A stretch of DNA of 36,437 nt, taken from assembly GCF_001194135.2 (NCBI RefSeq), contig NC_068984.1, positions 33,059,244 to 33,095,680 of the forward strand, read 5' to 3'. Shown piece by piece: positions 33,753 to 36,437 of the stretch (the first letter of the stretch is position 1; the number at the start of each line of letters is the position of its first letter). The notes under the pieces are model-generated. The model saw nothing but the letters and a program-made list of their open reading frames with translations, was not told the origin of the DNA and ran no database searches. The DNA comes from Octopus bimaculoides. Lineage: Eukaryota. Both the position numbers and the translations under genes were made by a program.

Positions 33753-35279
33753 TTCTGCCTTACTCTTTCAATTCCAAAATCCCAATGGGCATAAAAACAC
33801 TCGTTAATAAACCGAAAATAATTCTCGTGAGCTTTTAAGCTCTCTCATTCTATTTAATGCAAGCCGGTATGCCTCTTGTAAAGCAGCATATACTGAAGGC
33901 CAATTAAACTATTTTACACACCGTGGGGAGCCTTCTTCGAGAGTTTTGTTGAAAGATGTGCTGTTATTCTAAAAATATACAAAACTCCGAGATTTTGCGA
34001 TTATTTTATGTCAAATCTACTTAACTGTTAAATCCGTATGACCCCTACCTAGGTCAGTTATTTCCTCTGGAATCGTAGCACTGTGCTCGTGAAGCATTCA
34101 GTTATTCTCTCACAACACTTGTTATATGATAGCAGAAAATTTCGTCAGTGAATGTTTTTTTGAAACCATGAACAAAATAATTTTAATCACTAGCAAACAA
34201 AACAAAAACATTTATGTACGCGCACAAAACCAGGTTCTTTATTTTCCTCTCGCAATCTATACTTAAATGTAATTGATGTACAACCGAGACAGCACACGCT
34301 TAGTCTAAACTGATGTTTTTAGCAAAGTCCTTGGAAAGAAATTGCAATGAGGTCGCGCTAATCTTCTTTACTTCAACAGAAATGAAATCAAATACCATTA
34401 AGCATGAAAATGCAAATTAAATCTTCTAGAGTACTCTATCATTGTGAATCTCTCTTTGCGAAAGTACAGCATCAACACAACCAAGGTGCAAGACAAAATC
34501 TCTGCTGTTAGTGCCAATTGAATCCTCAAGAATTAATAATCTTCTACAATGTTCAAGTGAGACACGTGTATAAATACTAATTCCACAACTTGAACGGTGC
34601 TTCTGGAACAAATACTGGGATGCGCTGCGCATCCAAATCAAATAAGAGCTACTCAGCCGACTGATATTCACATGCCAACTAGAAATACACTTAACTTTTA
34701 GATTTGTTTTAATTATTCATAAATGGCATCTCATGAGCTACCGGCGCTTAAATTATCCTAGCTCTTTCATTTCTCCTCGCTTCACCAAAAAGAGTGCCGC
34801 CAATGTCCAAGGCCCTGCCGTAACTACAACACTGGAATTTCTCAAGGTAAACCTTGGACGTTCTTGAATTTACTCCATTTAAAAAAAAAATTTTCATATA
34901 TCATACACAAGACAGCATTCAATATACGCCAAGAATTACGATAATGGTAACAATCTTACTCTTTCAGCATCACTGGGTAAAATATACTAAACTTTTCCCA
35001 TTACATCTTATAAGATGCAGGTAGTAAAATCTATAATCTGAACAGTGTGTCACATTAATTATCAACTGCTCAAATGCAACCAATGAGAATCGACAGAAAA
35101 GATAACTTGCCAAAGGAACGTATACATCTATTCCTGCTACTAGTCTGCTATATTTATTTGTTCCTCGGCAACTTCTTCAATAGACTCGGAGTAACGAAAG
35201 TGTGCATTCCCAAATTCAAATGCATGTATAACATAAGATCATATTTACTCATTTCTGTAATTCGCTGTTTGCGTGTTCG

Positions 35280-35402
35280 TGTGTAAGTGAGTGTATGAAT
35301 GTATATCTGTATATGCCTGTCTGTCTCACACTCTGTATACATATATGAATATATGAATGTGCATGCGTGTAGATGTGCTCATACATACATATGTATATGT
35401 AT

Positions 35403-35463
<61 letters not shown>

Positions 35464-35640
35464 GAAGATACATGTGTGTGAATATACATATATATGTACA
35501 GACACATACACATATATATATATATATATGCATAAATCTGTATATCTCTCTATATAAACACGTTTCTATGTGTACGCGAAAGTATGCATCATTTTCGTAT
35601 TAATTTCCTTATAATAAACTATATATGTGTATATATGTGC
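35280..35640. repeat. Compound (TG)/(TA)/(CA) microsatellite block with perfect (TA)n core ~35411-35460
   Basis: Seen directly; source of five spurious ORFs. Confidence 0.95.
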
Positions 35641-36134
35641 CGAGAAGGGGAGAGCGAATGGTTGATATATTGATCGGTTGGTGGAAAGAGACAAAGATTG
35701 ATAACACGAAGCAATAAATCTAATATTGCATTCAATCCAATTTCAGATTATGACTTCTCTGACAATAAACCTAAACCGAAAAACAGTTTATGGATGATTT
35801 CTAGAAAGATCTTCTTCACACATTTAGCTTTTATTCAATTTTCAATGCTTACAAATCAAAGCAAAACAAAAAATCTTGAGATTTCTCATATTATCTAGAT
35901 ATCGTATCTTCTCTGATATCATCATATATTTTTTTGCTAAGAGATGTTATCAAATTGCCCGAAATCAATCGTTATTGTAAAAGTGTAATGTCATTGTAAA
36001 TATGACAATAGCAGCAAGTAGCTATAGAGTTGTTAAAATCTTTTAGAAGGATCATTAGAAATAGCGGAAAGAAAGATAAATTAAAATAATGATGTTGTTA
36101 CGGCAGATATTTGCTACTATCACTAGCATTCGTT

Positions 36135-36315
36135 GTGGTGCTGCAGCTGGTGGTGCTGGCGTAATGATTGCACCAACAATGATGATGATGATCATCATAG
36201 TGGTGGTGGGTTGTGGTGGCGGCGGTGGGAGTGGTTGTGGTGGTGATAGTGGCAGTTGTGGTGGTGGTGGAGGTGGTGCGGGTAGTCGCACTTATGATGA
36301 AGATGATGATGATAG
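36135..36315. repeat. Compound G-rich trinucleotide tract (GGT/GGC/GAT)
   Basis: Seen directly; generates poly-Gly and poly-Pro ORFs. Confidence 0.92.
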
Positions 36316-36404
36316 TTAAATTATATTTCTAGTTGTGATGATGACGTCTCTGCCGATGTTCAAAACATATTTGCATATATCCTTACATGTTTTATATAAA
36401 TATT

Positions 36405-36437
36405 ACACACACACACACACACATTATATATATATAA
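36405..36437. repeat. (AC)n then (TA)n at the window end
   Basis: Seen directly. Confidence 0.95.

Noticed and set aside
34618-34634. Interrupted palindrome GGATGCGC-T-GCGCATCC
   Set aside because: 8-bp arms are not remarkable in 36 kb; no supporting context.

Overview
This is AT-rich eukaryotic genomic DNA, not prokaryotic: I see no operons, CRISPR arrays, rRNA or true tRNA genes. The SINE, LINE and mariner families and the dense microsatellites resemble repeats I recall from Octopus (cephalopod) genomes; the species call is an inference. No intact protein-coding ORF is present. Most track ORFs are microsatellite read-throughs or antisense frames of decayed transposons. The window is dominated by dead mobile elements. 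A stack at ~9.7-19.4 kb holds several R4/Dong-type restriction-like-endonuclease (RLE) LINE fragments abutting TAA/TA or trinucleotide microsatellites, one of them split by a nested CR1-like LINE fragment. The stack also has a Gypsy integrase tail and a Helentron/HINE-like element. Elsewhere are a Helitron 5' end, a deleted mariner, a second CR1 fragment, six tRNA-derived SINE copies or fragments, possible hAT and piggyBac remnants, and three N gaps. The best host-gene signal is a candidate minus-strand first exon at ~4.9 kb (ETS motif + YY1 motif overlapping an ATG + GTAAG donor). I found no well-supported novel biological system. All family calls come from manual translation and recalled consensus motifs and need BLAST/HMM/RepeatMasker confirmation. 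Boundaries are approximate unless stated as exact.
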